A stretch of 64,000 nt of DNA, from assembly GCA_036496545.1 (NCBI GenBank), contig DASXKX010000027.1, positions 18,559 to 82,558 on the forward strand. Reading direction: 5' to 3'. The DNA comes from Gaiellaceae bacterium (lineage in GTDB: Bacteria > Actinomycetota > Thermoleophilia > Gaiellales > Gaiellaceae). Shown here piece by piece: positions 18,218 through 27,565 of the stretch; the stretch's first letter is position 1; the number at the start of each line of letters is the position of its first letter. The notes beneath the pieces were generated by a model, which was given only the letters and a program-made list of their open reading frames with translations, was not told the DNA's origin and made no database searches. The position numbers were made by a program, and so were the translations under genes.

Positions 18218-19272
18218 CGCGAGTAGCGCCGGAGCCATGCGGCGAGATTGCGGGCGCCGACCTCGGCGTTCGCACCGGGCTGCACCGGCGCAATTGCAGC
18301 GGGAGGCGTCGCATGCGGCGGCGACGAGCCTCCGCCAACGCTCATCGCGATCGCCGCTGCGATTCCCCCCGTGATCGCAAGCACCGCTCCGACGACGAGC
18401 AGCATTCGCAGACTCCGGCGGCGTTGAGCCTTCCGCGGCCGACGCGGCGGCCGCTCCGGGAGCGGGACCGTCGTCCGGCTCGGCAGCGTCGCGGCGAGCG
18501 AATGCGCGACGTCCGCCGCCGACGGCGGCCGGTCCCGAGGGTCGGCCGAGAGACAAGCCATGACAATCCGCGCGACATCCGGCGGTGCGCCGGCGGGCGG
18601 CTCGATCTCGGCCGGATCGACGAGATCGGCAAGCGTCGCCGGCGTACGTGGCGGCCTCCCGGCTAGCAGCTCGTAGAGCACGGCGCCGGTCGCGTAGATG
18701 TCCGCCGCCGCGGTGACGTCCTCGCCGCGAGCCTGCTCGGGCGCGAGGTACGCCGCCGTGCCGAGCACCGTGCCAGCGACGGTAAGCCGCGTGCCGTCGG
18801 CGCCGAGCGCGATCCCGAAGTCGCCGATCTTGAGCTGCCCGTCGTTCCGCAGGAGGAGGTTCTGCGGCTTCACGTCCCGGTGGACGAGCCCTGCGCGGTG
18901 CACCGCTGCCAAGCCTTGACAGAGCTGTACGCCGAGCTGGACTGCCTCGTCGGCCGGCAGCGCGCCGTTGCGCGCGAGGAGCTCCGCGAGCGTCTCGCCC
19001 TCGACGTACTCCATCGCGATGAACGGACGGCCGCCGTCCTCGCCGACGTCGTAGACACGAACGATGTGCGGGTCGGCCAGCTGCCCTGCGAGGCGCGCCT
19101 CCCGTACGAACCGCTTGCGCAACTCATCGTCGCGAGCGCGGTTCTCCGCGAGCCGCTTCAGCGCGACCGGACGGTCGAGCTCGACGTCGCGCGCGAGGTC
19201 GACGGTCGCCATCGCTCCGTGACCGAGCGGACGCTCGACGCGATACCGGCCGGCAACAAGGTCCTGGGTCAA
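18214..19272 (-). CDS. Membrane-anchored Ser/Thr protein kinase (Hanks type)
   Basis: GHGAMATV...ALK, HRDVKPQNLLL, DFG, APE, then a Pro/Arg linker and TM helix (MLLVVGAVLAITGGIAAAIAM) and a ~50-aa exo-tail. Confidence 0.92.
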   Translation of the reverse strand: MTQDLVAGRYRVERPLGHGAMATVDLARDVELDRPVALKRLAENRARDDELRKRFVREARLAGQLADPHIVRVYDVGEDGGRPFIAMEYVEGETLAELLARNGALPADEAVQLGVQLCQGLAAVHRAGLVHRDVKPQNLLLRNDGQLKIGDFGIALGADGTRLTVAGTVLGTAAYLAPEQARGEDVTAAADIYATGAVLYELLAGRPPRTPATLADLVDPAEIEPPAGAPPDVARIVMACLSADPRDRPPSAADVAHSLAATLPSRTTVPLPERPPRRPRKAQRRRSLRMLLVVGAVLAITGGIAAAIAMSVGGGSSPPHATPPAAIAPVQPGANAEVGARNLAAWLRRYSR

Positions 19273-19667
19273 CCGTCTCCGCCTCCCTGGTTGTCGCCTT
19301 TGTCATGCCCGTGACCGTGGCCGTGCTTCGGCGGCTTCTCGGGCTTCGGCGGCGGCGCAGGCGGGGTGCAGGTGATGCGCGCGGGCAACGCGTTGACTGC
19401 GCTCGTCAGCGGCTCGAGCAGCGGCCGCGCCACGCGCCCGGCGTTGATCGCGGCGATCACCTCCGTGCGCAACTGTCCGGCTCGCTGCTCGGCCGCGCAG
19501 CCGTCGTTCACGGCGAGCGCTCCGGCGATTGCGTTCGCCTCCCGGCTCCACGTTTGAGCCAGCGCGCGCGGCAGGCGGGGCGGCGGCGAAGGCTGCCCAC
19601 GCCGGGCGCTGCCGCCGCAGCCGGCGAGCAACGCCGCGACACCGACCAGCACGACCGCTCGCCTCAC
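19269..19667 (-). CDS. Lipoprotein with His/Gly-rich C-terminus (hypothetical)
   Basis: Signal peptide plus lipobox (VAALLAGC). C-terminus PPKHGHGHGHDKGDNQGGGDG. 4-nt overlaps with both neighbouring genes. Confidence 0.65.
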   Translation of the reverse strand: MRRAVVLVGVAALLAGCGGSARRGQPSPPPRLPRALAQTWSREANAIAGALAVNDGCAAEQRAGQLRTEVIAAINAGRVARPLLEPLTSAVNALPARITCTPPAPPPKPEKPPKHGHGHGHDKGDNQGGGDG

Positions 19668-20392
19668 TGCCCCACCGCCAGACGAAGTGCGAGCGCCTCC
19701 GGCAGGCCGGCCTCCTCCATCTCCGCCTGTGTGCGCTCGATGTCGTACTCGACGCGCCGAAAGCTTGCGGTCTGCGCCTCGACGTCAAGCAGGAGGTAGG
19801 CCGCCCGCGGATCGCCGTCACGCGGTTGGCCGACCGAGCCCGGATTCAACACGCTCCGCGACCCGGCGAGCTCAAGCTCGGTGCCAGCTGCCGCGAGCCC
19901 GCCTTCGAGCCCGTCTTCCTGGAGCTGAATCCGGAGCGCAACGTGGCTGTGACCCACCAGCACGAGCGGCTCCGCAGCCAGTGCGAGTGTCATGAGCGCC
20001 GCTTCGCCCGACAGCACGTACTCCCACACCGGGTCACGCGCGCTGCCGTGGAAGAGGGCGACCCCGTCGGCCTTGCCGGCGGGCTCCAACGAGTCCAGAA
20101 ACGCGAGCGCCTCGTCGCTCAGCACCGTGCGCGTCCAGCGCGCGGCTGTGCCGGCGTCACCGCTGAACTCCCAGAGGTCGAGCGTGCCGCGGACGGCGAG
20201 GTCGTGATTGCCGCACAGGCAAATTCGCGCGCGCTCCTGAACGAGCCGTGTGCACTCGTTCGGACGCGGGCCGTACCCGACGAGATCCCCGAGGCACCAG
20301 AGCTCGTCCGGCGCGTCCTCGTCGATCGCCGCAAGCACCGCCTCGAGCGCGACGAGGTTCGAATGAATGTCAGACACGACCGCGACGCGCAT
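19664..20392 (-). CDS. Metallophosphoesterase (calcineurin-like, YfcE/MJ0936 class)
   Basis: MRVAVVSDIHSN, GDLVGYGP, GNHD, GHSH and NPGSVGQPRDGD motifs. ATG at 20392 is the internal start of ORF 19664..21073. Confidence 0.85.
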   Translation of the reverse strand: MRVAVVSDIHSNLVALEAVLAAIDEDAPDELWCLGDLVGYGPRPNECTRLVQERARICLCGNHDLAVRGTLDLWEFSGDAGTAARWTRTVLSDEALAFLDSLEPAGKADGVALFHGSARDPVWEYVLSGEAALMTLALAAEPLVLVGHSHVALRIQLQEDGLEGGLAAAGTELELAGSRSVLNPGSVGQPRDGDPRAAYLLLDVEAQTASFRRVEYDIERTQAEMEEAGLPEALALRLAVGQ

Positions 20393-21066
20393 CAGCGAAT
20401 TCTCGATGCCACGAGCCCGACGAGCGTCGGCACCGTCGCCGGCACGACCGACGTGACGATGAGCAGCAGTCCCCAAGCGCCGGCCGCGAGCCCGGTGGCG
20501 ACGGCCGCGCGCACCCGCCGCGCGACGACGACGCCGAGCAACGCGGCCGCCGCGAAGTCGAGCCAGCCCATCGTCGCCGATCCGAACGTCGCATCCCCGA
20601 GCCGCGGAATCGGATGGCCGGCCGCCGACGGCAGCGGCGCCTGGTGGAGCGCCGTCGTCGCAGGGCCGACCTGCGGCGTCGCCCAGACAAGGATCACGTC
20701 GACGACGCAGAGTACGACGAGACCGGCAGCGAGCGACCACGACGGCGCAACCGCCGCCGCGACCTCCGCAACCGTCGCGGCCGCGAGCATGATCAGCGCC
20801 ACCGCCGCCGCCTGCGCGACGAGTCCGTGCGCGAGCCACGCCACGAGCCACAACACCAGAGCGAACGGCGCACGCCGCGGCCGCGCCGCCGCGAGCACCG
20901 GCGTCGCCACGGCGCCGACAAGCGCGAGTGCGTGCGGGCCGCCGGTGAGCAGACGGAGCAACAGGATTCCGAGCCCGAGCGCTGCGGCCGGCGCGAGCAG
21001 CCCGAGCCAGCCGATCCGTCCGCGGCGTAACGCGTGCCGCGGCAGCATGACGGTCGCCGCCTGCAT
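20392..21066 (-). CDS. Polytopic membrane protein (hypothetical; possible GxGD-type intramembrane protease, speculative)
   Basis: ~7 hydrophobic helices. Its stop overlaps the phosphoesterase ATG by 1 nt. Start taken at M32 (21066) because the ORF's 5' end overlaps the DUF3467 gene. Confidence 0.6.
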   Translation of the reverse strand: MQAATVMLPRHALRRGRIGWLGLLAPAAALGLGILLLRLLTGGPHALALVGAVATPVLAAARPRRAPFALVLWLVAWLAHGLVAQAAAVALIMLAAATVAEVAAAVAPSWSLAAGLVVLCVVDVILVWATPQVGPATTALHQAPLPSAAGHPIPRLGDATFGSATMGWLDFAAAALLGVVVARRVRAAVATGLAAGAWGLLLIVTSVVPATVPTLVGLVASRIR

Positions 21067-21098
21067 CGCGCACAGCACGGCGTACGACGGTGCGAGGC

Positions 21099-21410
21099 TC
21101 AGGGGTCGGGCGTCTCGGGGAGGTTCCGAATGCCTTCGGTTGTCTGGTACTTCGACCACGAGTCCTGAAGCGCGGCGATCAGCTCCTCGACGAAGCGCGG
21201 CGACGCGTTGATGCGCGCGACCACCGCGCCGGGGACGTCGCCTTCCTCCACCTCGTGCTCGATCCTCGCGAACGTCAACGTGAACTCGTAGCGGGAGAAG
21301 GTGATGTTCGCGAAGTTCGCGTAGCTCCCCGCGATGTCCGCCGGGTCGAGATGGATGTTGAGCCGCTTCTCGCCCGACTCAGGCTCAGGCACGAACCCCT
21401 CCTCGTCCAT
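21099..21410 (-). CDS. DUF3467 domain-containing protein
   Basis: 103 aa. LNIHLDPADIAGSYANFANITFSRYEFTLTFARI is the characteristic DUF3467 core. Confidence 0.75.
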   Translation of the reverse strand: MDEEGFVPEPESGEKRLNIHLDPADIAGSYANFANITFSRYEFTLTFARIEHEVEEGDVPGAVVARINASPRFVEELIAALQDSWSKYQTTEGIRNLPETPDP

Positions 21411-21427
21411 GCCGGAATACTAGAGGC

Positions 21428-22438
21428 GTGAACCAGAGGCTCCGGGTCGAGCAGATCCTGCGCGTCGGCGTCGCGATCCTCGCCACGCTCATCGGTGGAA
21501 CCATCGCCTTTCACGCGACCCTGTCCGAGGGCTGGTTCCAGTCCTTCTACCGCGCGGTCGTGACCACGAGCCTCGCAGGGCTCGACACGGTCCCGCACTC
21601 CAATGGGGCGCGCATCGTTTCGATCGTCCTCGTGCTCTGCGGCTTGACGATCATCGCGTACGCCGGCGCGGTTATCGTCGAGTCCATCGCCGGGGGCGTC
21701 CTCACCGGCGCGCTGGCCGACCGACGAAGGGAGCGGAAGATCGAGCGTCTGCGCGATCACATCATCATCTGCGGCTACGGCCGCGTCGGCCGCCGTGTTG
21801 CGGAGGAGTTCAGGGCGGCCGGCGTCCCTTACGTCGTCCTCGACTTCAAGGACGAGGCGATCGCTGCTGCACGCGAGCTGAACGACCTGCTGATCGAGGG
21901 TGACGCCACCGAGGACGAGGACCTGCAGCGAGCAGGCATCGAGTACGCGGCGGGCGTCGTCGTCGCGTCGGACAGCGATGCCGACAACCTCTACATCTCG
22001 CTCTCTGCGCGGAACGTTCGCAGGGACATCCAGATCGTCGCGCGTGCATCCGACGAGGACGCGGAGAAGAAGCTGCTGCTCGCAGGCGCCGACCGCGTCG
22101 TGCTGCCGTACACCGCCGCCGGCCGCACGATGGCGAATCTCGTGCTGAAGCCGCAGGTGATGTCGTTTCTCGACGCCGTCACCACGGCCGCCGGTCCCGA
22201 CCTCCACATGGCGGAGATCGAGGTGAGCGAGTCCTGCCCGAGCGCCGGGAAGACGATTCGCGACTCCCGCGTGCGCCACGAGACGGGCGCGATCATCGTC
22301 GCCCTGCGCCGCAAGGACGGCACCTTCGACACGACGCCCGAGCCCGAGGCCGTGATCGCGCCCGGCGACGTGATTGTCGGCGTCGGGACGTCGGAAGAGC
22401 TGCAGCGACTCGAGGATCTCTTCGCCCTTGGCAGCTGA
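21428..22438 (+). CDS. 2-TM ion channel with RCK (TrkA-N/TrkA-C) domains; non-canonical selectivity filter
   Basis: Two TM helices plus a pore-helix-like WFQSFYRAVVTTSLAGLD, then IIICGYGRVGRRVAEEF (Rossmann) and a TrkA-C domain. Confidence 0.85.
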   Translation: MNQRLRVEQILRVGVAILATLIGGTIAFHATLSEGWFQSFYRAVVTTSLAGLDTVPHSNGARIVSIVLVLCGLTIIAYAGAVIVESIAGGVLTGALADRRRERKIERLRDHIIICGYGRVGRRVAEEFRAAGVPYVVLDFKDEAIAAARELNDLLIEGDATEDEDLQRAGIEYAAGVVVASDSDADNLYISLSARNVRRDIQIVARASDEDAEKKLLLAGADRVVLPYTAAGRTMANLVLKPQVMSFLDAVTTAAGPDLHMAEIEVSESCPSAGKTIRDSRVRHETGAIIVALRRKDGTFDTTPEPEAVIAPGDVIVGVGTSEELQRLEDLFALGS

Positions 22439-23933
22439 TCCGGTCAGCGCGCTCGCGGCCCGCGTCGGCAACGGCGTGGTCCTGGAGCGGCCCAGCGATC
22501 CCGAGCACGGCGACTACGCGACGAACGCGGCCCTTCGGCTTGCCGGCGCGCGGCGCCAGGCGCCGCGCGAGCTTGCAGCCGAGCTCGCTGCCGCCGCTGA
22601 GGCGCTGCCCGAGGTCGCCCGCGCCGAGATCGCCGGGCCGGGCTTCGTCAACCTCTTCCTGCGCGACGCGTGGTTTGGCGACACGCTCCGCGCGATCGTC
22701 GACGCGGGCGAGACGTACGGCGGTGGGTTCGCCGCGCCGCGCGAGCGCGTCCAGGTCGAGATGGTCTCCGCGAACCCGACGGGTCCCCTGCACGTCGCGC
22801 ATGCGCGCAACGGCGCGTACGGCGACTCGATTGCGCGGCTGCTCGAGCTCGCGGGGGATGCCGTCGAGCGGGAGTACTACTACAACGACTCCGGTGGTCA
22901 GATGGACCGCTTCCGCGCTTCGGTCGAGGCGGTACGGCGCGGGGAGGAGCCGCCGGAGGACGGCTACCGGGGCGAATACATCAAGGAGCTCGCTGCGCTC
23001 CCGGGCGACCCGGTGCCGGAGATGCTCCATCGCATCGAAGCGTCGCTCGAGCGCTTCCGCATCCACTTCGACTCGTGGGCGAGGCAGAGCGCGCTCGAGC
23101 AGCGGCTCCCGGAGTACCTGCCGCGCCTCGACACCTATGAGAAGGACGGCGCGCTCTGGGCGCGCTCGTCCGCGTACGGCGACGAGGAAGACCGCGTGCT
23201 CGTCCGTTCGGACGGCGGCGCGCCGACATACCGCGCCGCGGACGTCGTCTACCTCGCCGACAAGCTCGACCGCGGTTTCGATCGCGCGATGTACATCCTC
23301 GGCGCCGACCACCACGGAACACGCAACTGGTACGCGGCAATCGCGCGGATGCTGGGCTACGACCCTGACCGCGTCGAGGTCCTGCTGTACCAGCTGGTGC
23401 ACCTCACGAAGGGCGGCGAGCAGACCAAGATGTCGAAGCGGCGTGGCGACGTCGTTTTCCTCGACGACTTCATCGACGAGATCGGCGTCGATGCAGCGCG
23501 GTGGTACCTCGTCAAGAGCGGACCGGATCAGACGATCGACATCGACGTCGACCTCGCCGCCGAGCGCACGCAGAAAAATCCGGTCTACTACGTGCAGTAT
23601 GCGCACGCGCGCATCGCGGGCATCCTGCGCAACGCCGGCAACGCAAAGCTCGATCCGACACCGAAGGGCGTGCTCGCACCGGAGGAGCGTGAGTTGATCA
23701 AGCGGCTTGCCGAGCTGCCGGCCGTCGCGGAGGAGGCGGTCGCGAAGCGCGGGCCGCAGGCGATCCCGCAGTACGCGATCCGTATCGCTGACGATTTCCA
23801 TCGCTTCTACCACGAGCACCGCGTGCTCGAGAGCGACGAGCAAGCCTTCCGGCTCGCACTCTGCCGCGCGACGCAGGCGGTGATCGCCCGCTGCCTCGAC
23901 CTCATAGGGGTCGCGGCGCCGGAACGAATGTAG
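22428..23933 (+). CDS. argS: Arginine--tRNA ligase
   Basis: [17 protein letters not shown], class I HVAHARNG (HIGH) and KMSKRRG (KMSK) motifs. TTG 22428 preferred; an alternative TTG at 22374 would overlap the channel gene by 65 nt. Confidence 0.9.
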   Translation: MAADPVSALAARVGNGVVLERPSDPEHGDYATNAALRLAGARRQAPRELAAELAAAAEALPEVARAEIAGPGFVNLFLRDAWFGDTLRAIVDAGETYGGGFAAPRERVQVEMVSANPTGPLHVAHARNGAYGDSIARLLELAGDAVEREYYYNDSGGQMDRFRASVEAVRRGEEPPEDGYRGEYIKELAALPGDPVPEMLHRIEASLERFRIHFDSWARQSALEQRLPEYLPRLDTYEKDGALWARSSAYGDEEDRVLVRSDGGAPTYRAADVVYLADKLDRGFDRAMYILGADHHGTRNWYAAIARMLGYDPDRVEVLLYQLVHLTKGGEQTKMSKRRGDVVFLDDFIDEIGVDAARWYLVKSGPDQTIDIDVDLAAERTQKNPVYYVQYAHARIAGILRNAGNAKLDPTPKGVLAPEERELIKRLAELPAVAEEAVAKRGPQAIPQYAIRIADDFHRFYHEHRVLESDEQAFRLALCRATQAVIARCLDLIGVAAPERM

Positions 23934-23944
23934 GATCGCCACCC

Positions 23945-24940
23945 GTGAGCACCCCGCGGCAGGCCCCTGACCGCAACATCGCGATGGAGCTCGTCCGCGT
24001 GACCGAGGCCGGTGCGATGGCCGCGGCGCGCTGGATCGGGCGCGGCGAAAAGGAAAGCGCGGACCAGGCCGCCGTCGATGCGATGCGCTTCGTGCTCGAC
24101 AGCGTGAGTATGCGCGGCAACGTCGTGATCGGCGAAGGCGAGAAGGATGAAGCGCCGATGCTCTACAACGGCGAGGAGGTCGGCAACGGCGAAGGCCCGC
24201 AGGTCGACGTCGCCGTCGACCCGCTCGAGGGCACGCGGCTGACGGCGCTCGGCCAGCCTGGCGCAATCAGCGTCATCGCGGTCGCGGAGCGGGGGACGAT
24301 GTTCTTCCCAGGCGCCGCGTTCTACATGGAGAAGATCGCCGTCGGCCCGCGCGCCGCAGGCGCCGTCGACATCACGAGGTCGCCCGCGGAGAACGTCGCA
24401 CGCGTCGCCGAGGCGCTCGAGAAGACCGCGCGCGAGGTCGACGTCGTCGTCCTCGAGCGCGAGCGCCATGAGGAGCTGATCGTGGAGCTTCGCGCAGCCG
24501 GCGCGCGCGTGAAGCTGATCCGCGACGGCGACGTCGCGCCGGCGATCGCGGCGGCGCAGCCCGGCACCGGCGTCGACATGCTCTACGGCGTCGGAGGCAC
24601 ACCCGAAGGCGTCATCTCGGCCGCCGCGCTCAAGTGCGTCGGCGGCAGCATCCAGGGACGGCTCTGGCCGCGCAACGACGACGAGCGGCAGCAACTGGTC
24701 GACGCCGGCCTCGATCCGGAGCGCGTGCTGCATACGCACGACCTCGTGTCCGGCGAGGATGTCTTCGTCGCCGCGACGGGCGTCACGAACGGACCGCTGC
24801 TCGCGGGCGTCCGGTACACGCCGGGCGGCGCGGTCACCGACTCGATCGTCATGCGGTCGCGCAGCGGAACCGTCCGTCGCGTCGTCGCGCAGCAGTCGCT
24901 CGAGAAGCTGTCGGCTCTAACCGGATTCGAGTACCACTAG
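23945..24940 (+). CDS. glpX: Class II fructose-1,6-bisphosphatase
   Basis: [35 protein letters not shown], and [17 protein letters not shown]. Confidence 0.93.
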   Translation: MSTPRQAPDRNIAMELVRVTEAGAMAAARWIGRGEKESADQAAVDAMRFVLDSVSMRGNVVIGEGEKDEAPMLYNGEEVGNGEGPQVDVAVDPLEGTRLTALGQPGAISVIAVAERGTMFFPGAAFYMEKIAVGPRAAGAVDITRSPAENVARVAEALEKTAREVDVVVLERERHEELIVELRAAGARVKLIRDGDVAPAIAAAQPGTGVDMLYGVGGTPEGVISAAALKCVGGSIQGRLWPRNDDERQQLVDAGLDPERVLHTHDLVSGEDVFVAATGVTNGPLLAGVRYTPGGAVTDSIVMRSRSGTVRRVVAQQSLEKLSALTGFEYH

Positions 24941-25962
24941 GCGCCGACCGCCTCGCGCTCCATCGCCGGCGCGTACATCCCCGTGCGCGCGGCGCTGTTC
25001 ATCTTCGCGCGGTGGTAGTACGCGCGCTGGCCGGCCTCGACGTTCTCGGGCTTGCCGCCCCACGCCTTCAGGGCAGGCGCCTGAAGCGCGCGGCCGTAGG
25101 AGAACGACAGCTGCCACGGGTGCGGCCCGCTCGCGTTCATCGCGTTGAGGTGCGCAGTCGCATCCTCGTCCGACTGGCCGCCCGAGAGGAAGACGATTCC
25201 CGGCACCGCCGCAGGAACGTGCTTGTAGAAGCACTTGAGCGACCATTCGGCGACTTCGTCGGGGTCCGCGCGGTTCGAGGCTTCGTAGCCGGAGAGCACC
25301 ATGTTCGGCTTGAGCAGCGTCCCGAAGATGTCGACGCGCTGGTCGAACAGCTCCGTGTAGACCGCGTCGAGCACGCGGCTCGTCACGTGGTAGCTGCGCT
25401 CGATCGTGTGCGTGCCGTCCTGCAGCACCTCCGGCTCGACGATCGGCACGATGCCGGCTTCTTGACAGAGCGCGGCGTAGCGCGCGAGCGCGTGCGCGTT
25501 CGTCCAGATGCAGTAGTCGCTCGGCAGCTCGTCGGTGATCGAATACGTCGCGCGCCACTTCGCGAAGCGCGCGCCGAGCCCGCGGTACTCCTCGAGCCGT
25601 TGTCGGAGCCCGTCTAGACCCTCCGTGATCGTTTCGCCCTGCGCGTGCGCGAGCGGCTTCGCGCCTTCGTCGACCTTGATGCCTGGAATCACGCCCTTCG
25701 AGGCGAGCAGCTGCGGGAACGGCGTGCCGTCCGACGCGCTCTGCCGAATCGTCTCGTCGTAGAGGATGACGCCGCTGATGTAGTCCTCGACGCCCGGCGT
25801 CGTGAACAGCATTTCGCGGTACGCGCGGCGGTTCTCCTCGGTCGACTCGAGGCCGATCGAGTCGAAGCGCTTCTTGATCGTGGCGGTGCTCTCGTCCGCG
25901 GCGAGGATGCCCTTGCCGTCGGTGACGAGCGCCTTCGCGGTGTCATGCAGCTCGTTGGCCAT
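24937..25962 (-). CDS. fba: Class I fructose-bisphosphate aldolase
   Basis: [25 protein letters not shown] (Schiff-base Lys region), and FLSGGQS. ATG 25962 with AGGAG SD. The track's N-terminal extension is antisense to the tRNA. Confidence 0.93.
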   Translation of the reverse strand: MANELHDTAKALVTDGKGILAADESTATIKKRFDSIGLESTEENRRAYREMLFTTPGVEDYISGVILYDETIRQSASDGTPFPQLLASKGVIPGIKVDEGAKPLAHAQGETITEGLDGLRQRLEEYRGLGARFAKWRATYSITDELPSDYCIWTNAHALARYAALCQEAGIVPIVEPEVLQDGTHTIERSYHVTSRVLDAVYTELFDQRVDIFGTLLKPNMVLSGYEASNRADPDEVAEWSLKCFYKHVPAAVPGIVFLSGGQSDEDATAHLNAMNASGPHPWQLSFSYGRALQAPALKAWGGKPENVEAGQRAYYHRAKMNSAARTGMYAPAMEREAVGA

Positions 25963-26088
25963 GTCCAATCTCCTGTGGTCGTTTCGTACCGAGATTACTG
26001 CCGCCGGGGTGAGAGCGTCGCGAGCAGCACGTCGCCGAGATTGGCGCGCGCGCGTGCGTCCGAGGGCGGCTAACCTGAGCGTCGTAGC

Positions 26089-26161
26089 GCGGACGTAGCT
26101 CAGTTGGTAGAGCACTGGCTTCCCAAGCCAGGTGTCGCGGGTTCGAGCCCCGTCGTCCGCT
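26089..26161 (+). tRNA. tRNA-Gly (anticodon CCC)
   Basis: Folded by hand into a cloverleaf: acceptor GCGGACG/CGTCCGC, D arm GCTC/GAGC, anticodon stem CTGGC/GCCAG with loop TTCCCAA, T arm GCGGG-TTCGAGC-CCCGT. No encoded CCA. Confidence 0.95.
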
Positions 26162-26170
26162 TAGCCACCC

Positions 26171-26911
26171 CTACTTCGTGACGCGAACGAAGACGTAATC
26201 CTTTGCAAAGCCGTCATCGAGTGTGCGATTCATGCGCTTGCAGGTGTCCGAGATGTTGCCCTCGATCGTCTGGAATGAGCGGGGCCCCGTCGACTTTTCG
26301 ACCAGGCCGATGTGGTTGTGCTTGGTCTTGAAGTTCGAGCCGTCCAGGTCATAGCAGACGAGGTCGCCCGGCTTCGGATCCATCGTGACTCTCAGCCCGT
26401 ACTGACCGCTACGCGCCGCGCCGACGAGGAACGGGACGTAGGACCAGCGCGACCCGCGTGCGAAGGCGGCCGAGCCGGCCTTGATGTAGGCCATCGAAAC
26501 GCTCATCGCACACCACTCGTCCTGGATGCCGTAGAACGCGCCCACGGTCGTGTGGTTCGAGTGGGGCGGATCTTCGATCGTTCCGATCAGCTTGATCATC
26601 TCCGCCACCGCCTTCTTACGGAGCGCGCCGCCATTCGCCTCGTTCTTCTTCCTCTGAGCGCTGAGCTTCTTCATCGCGGGAGTTGGCTTCGCGGCTCCAG
26701 TGAGGAACTTCTCCAACGGTGTGCCGAAGCCTTGGGATGGCCTCGCGTAACCGAGCCGGAACTGCGCGGCCTCACACGCCTGGGCGGTGAGGACGTCGTA
26801 CTCACCGCTGATAGGACCGTCGTAGTCATCGTGCTGCTTGAGCAGACGTTGGGCAAACTCAACGTCTTGGCCCTCCATGTGCGGAGTGACTAGGGCGAGC
26901 GTTCGTTTCAT
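26171..26911 (-). CDS. PG-binding domain + CHAP/NlpC-P60-type peptidoglycan hydrolase (endolysin-like)
   Basis: N-terminal PG_binding_1-like segment (GQDVEFAQRLLKQH..YDGPISGEYDVLTAQACEAAQFRLGY). C-terminal Cys/His hydrolase signature (QDEWCAMSVSMAY ... HNHIGLV). No signal peptide. Visibly lower GC than neighbouring genes. Confidence 0.8.
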   Translation of the reverse strand: MKRTLALVTPHMEGQDVEFAQRLLKQHDDYDGPISGEYDVLTAQACEAAQFRLGYARPSQGFGTPLEKFLTGAAKPTPAMKKLSAQRKKNEANGGALRKKAVAEMIKLIGTIEDPPHSNHTTVGAFYGIQDEWCAMSVSMAYIKAGSAAFARGSRWSYVPFLVGAARSGQYGLRVTMDPKPGDLVCYDLDGSNFKTKHNHIGLVEKSTGPRSFQTIEGNISDTCKRMNRTLDDGFAKDYVFVRVTK

Positions 26912-27084
26912 TGCCTGCCGAACCTCCGAACGACCCCTTGGGTTGCCAACATGACGCCCGGGGGCTGTCACTTCTTCCCAGTCCGTGGCCCCTCAAGGAA
27001 TGTCCGTCGGATTCCGATAGACCGACCTAAGACGACTGGGCGGTGCCGTTCAGAGGGATGGCCCGGCGCCGCCCACTCTCTTCC

Positions 27085-27564
27085 TTAGGCGCGCCAGGCA
27101 GCGGCAAGCCGCTCGCGCGTGGCAAGCAGGTGCTCGGGGAGCACCTTCACGTCGCCGAGCACGGGCATGAAGTTCGTGTCGCCGTTCCAGCGCGGGACGA
27201 CGTGGAGGTGGCCGTGGTCCGGGATGCCCGCACCGGCGACGCGGCCGATGTTCCAACCGAGGTTGAAGCCCTCGGGCTTGTAGACCTCCCGCAAGGCGGC
27301 GAGACCCTCGCTGCCGAGCCGGTGGATCTCGAGCGCGTCGTCGTCGGCAAGGTCGTCGAAGTTGAGCCCGTGGCGGTATGGAGCGACGAGTAGATGGCCC
27401 GACGAGTACGGGAACTTGTTCAGGAGGACGAATGCGCGCTCGCCACGGTGGACGACGAGATGCTCGACGTCGTCGCCCTCGGCCGCGCGGCAGAAGACGC
27501 AACCGTCCTGCTCGTCCGCGGTCTGGATGTATTCGAGGCGCCAGGGCGCCCAGAGGTGCTTCAC
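27085..27564 (-). CDS. HIT family protein (Ap4A phosphorylase / nucleotidyl-transferase type)
   Basis: LWAPWRLEYI N-terminus and the histidine triad HGHLHVVPRW. Confidence 0.88.
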   Translation of the reverse strand: MKHLWAPWRLEYIQTADEQDGCVFCRAAEGDDVEHLVVHRGERAFVLLNKFPYSSGHLLVAPYRHGLNFDDLADDDALEIHRLGSEGLAALREVYKPEGFNLGWNIGRVAGAGIPDHGHLHVVPRWNGDTNFMPVLGDVKVLPEHLLATRERLAAAWRA

Positions 27565-27565
27565 C

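Noticed and set aside
25963-26115. N-terminal extension of the aldolase ORF (MLYQLSYVRATT...)
   Set aside because: The extension is the antisense translation of tRNA-Gly (26089-26161). The real start is ATG 25962, which has an AGGAG SD.
26912-27084. Possible c-di-AMP (ydaO-type) riboswitch or att site upstream of the CHAP hydrolase gene
   Set aside because: Only generic GGAAT/ATTCC and GGGGC/GCCCC hairpins are present, with no recognisable ydaO core. I found no repeat of the tRNA-Gly 3' end that could mark an attachment site.
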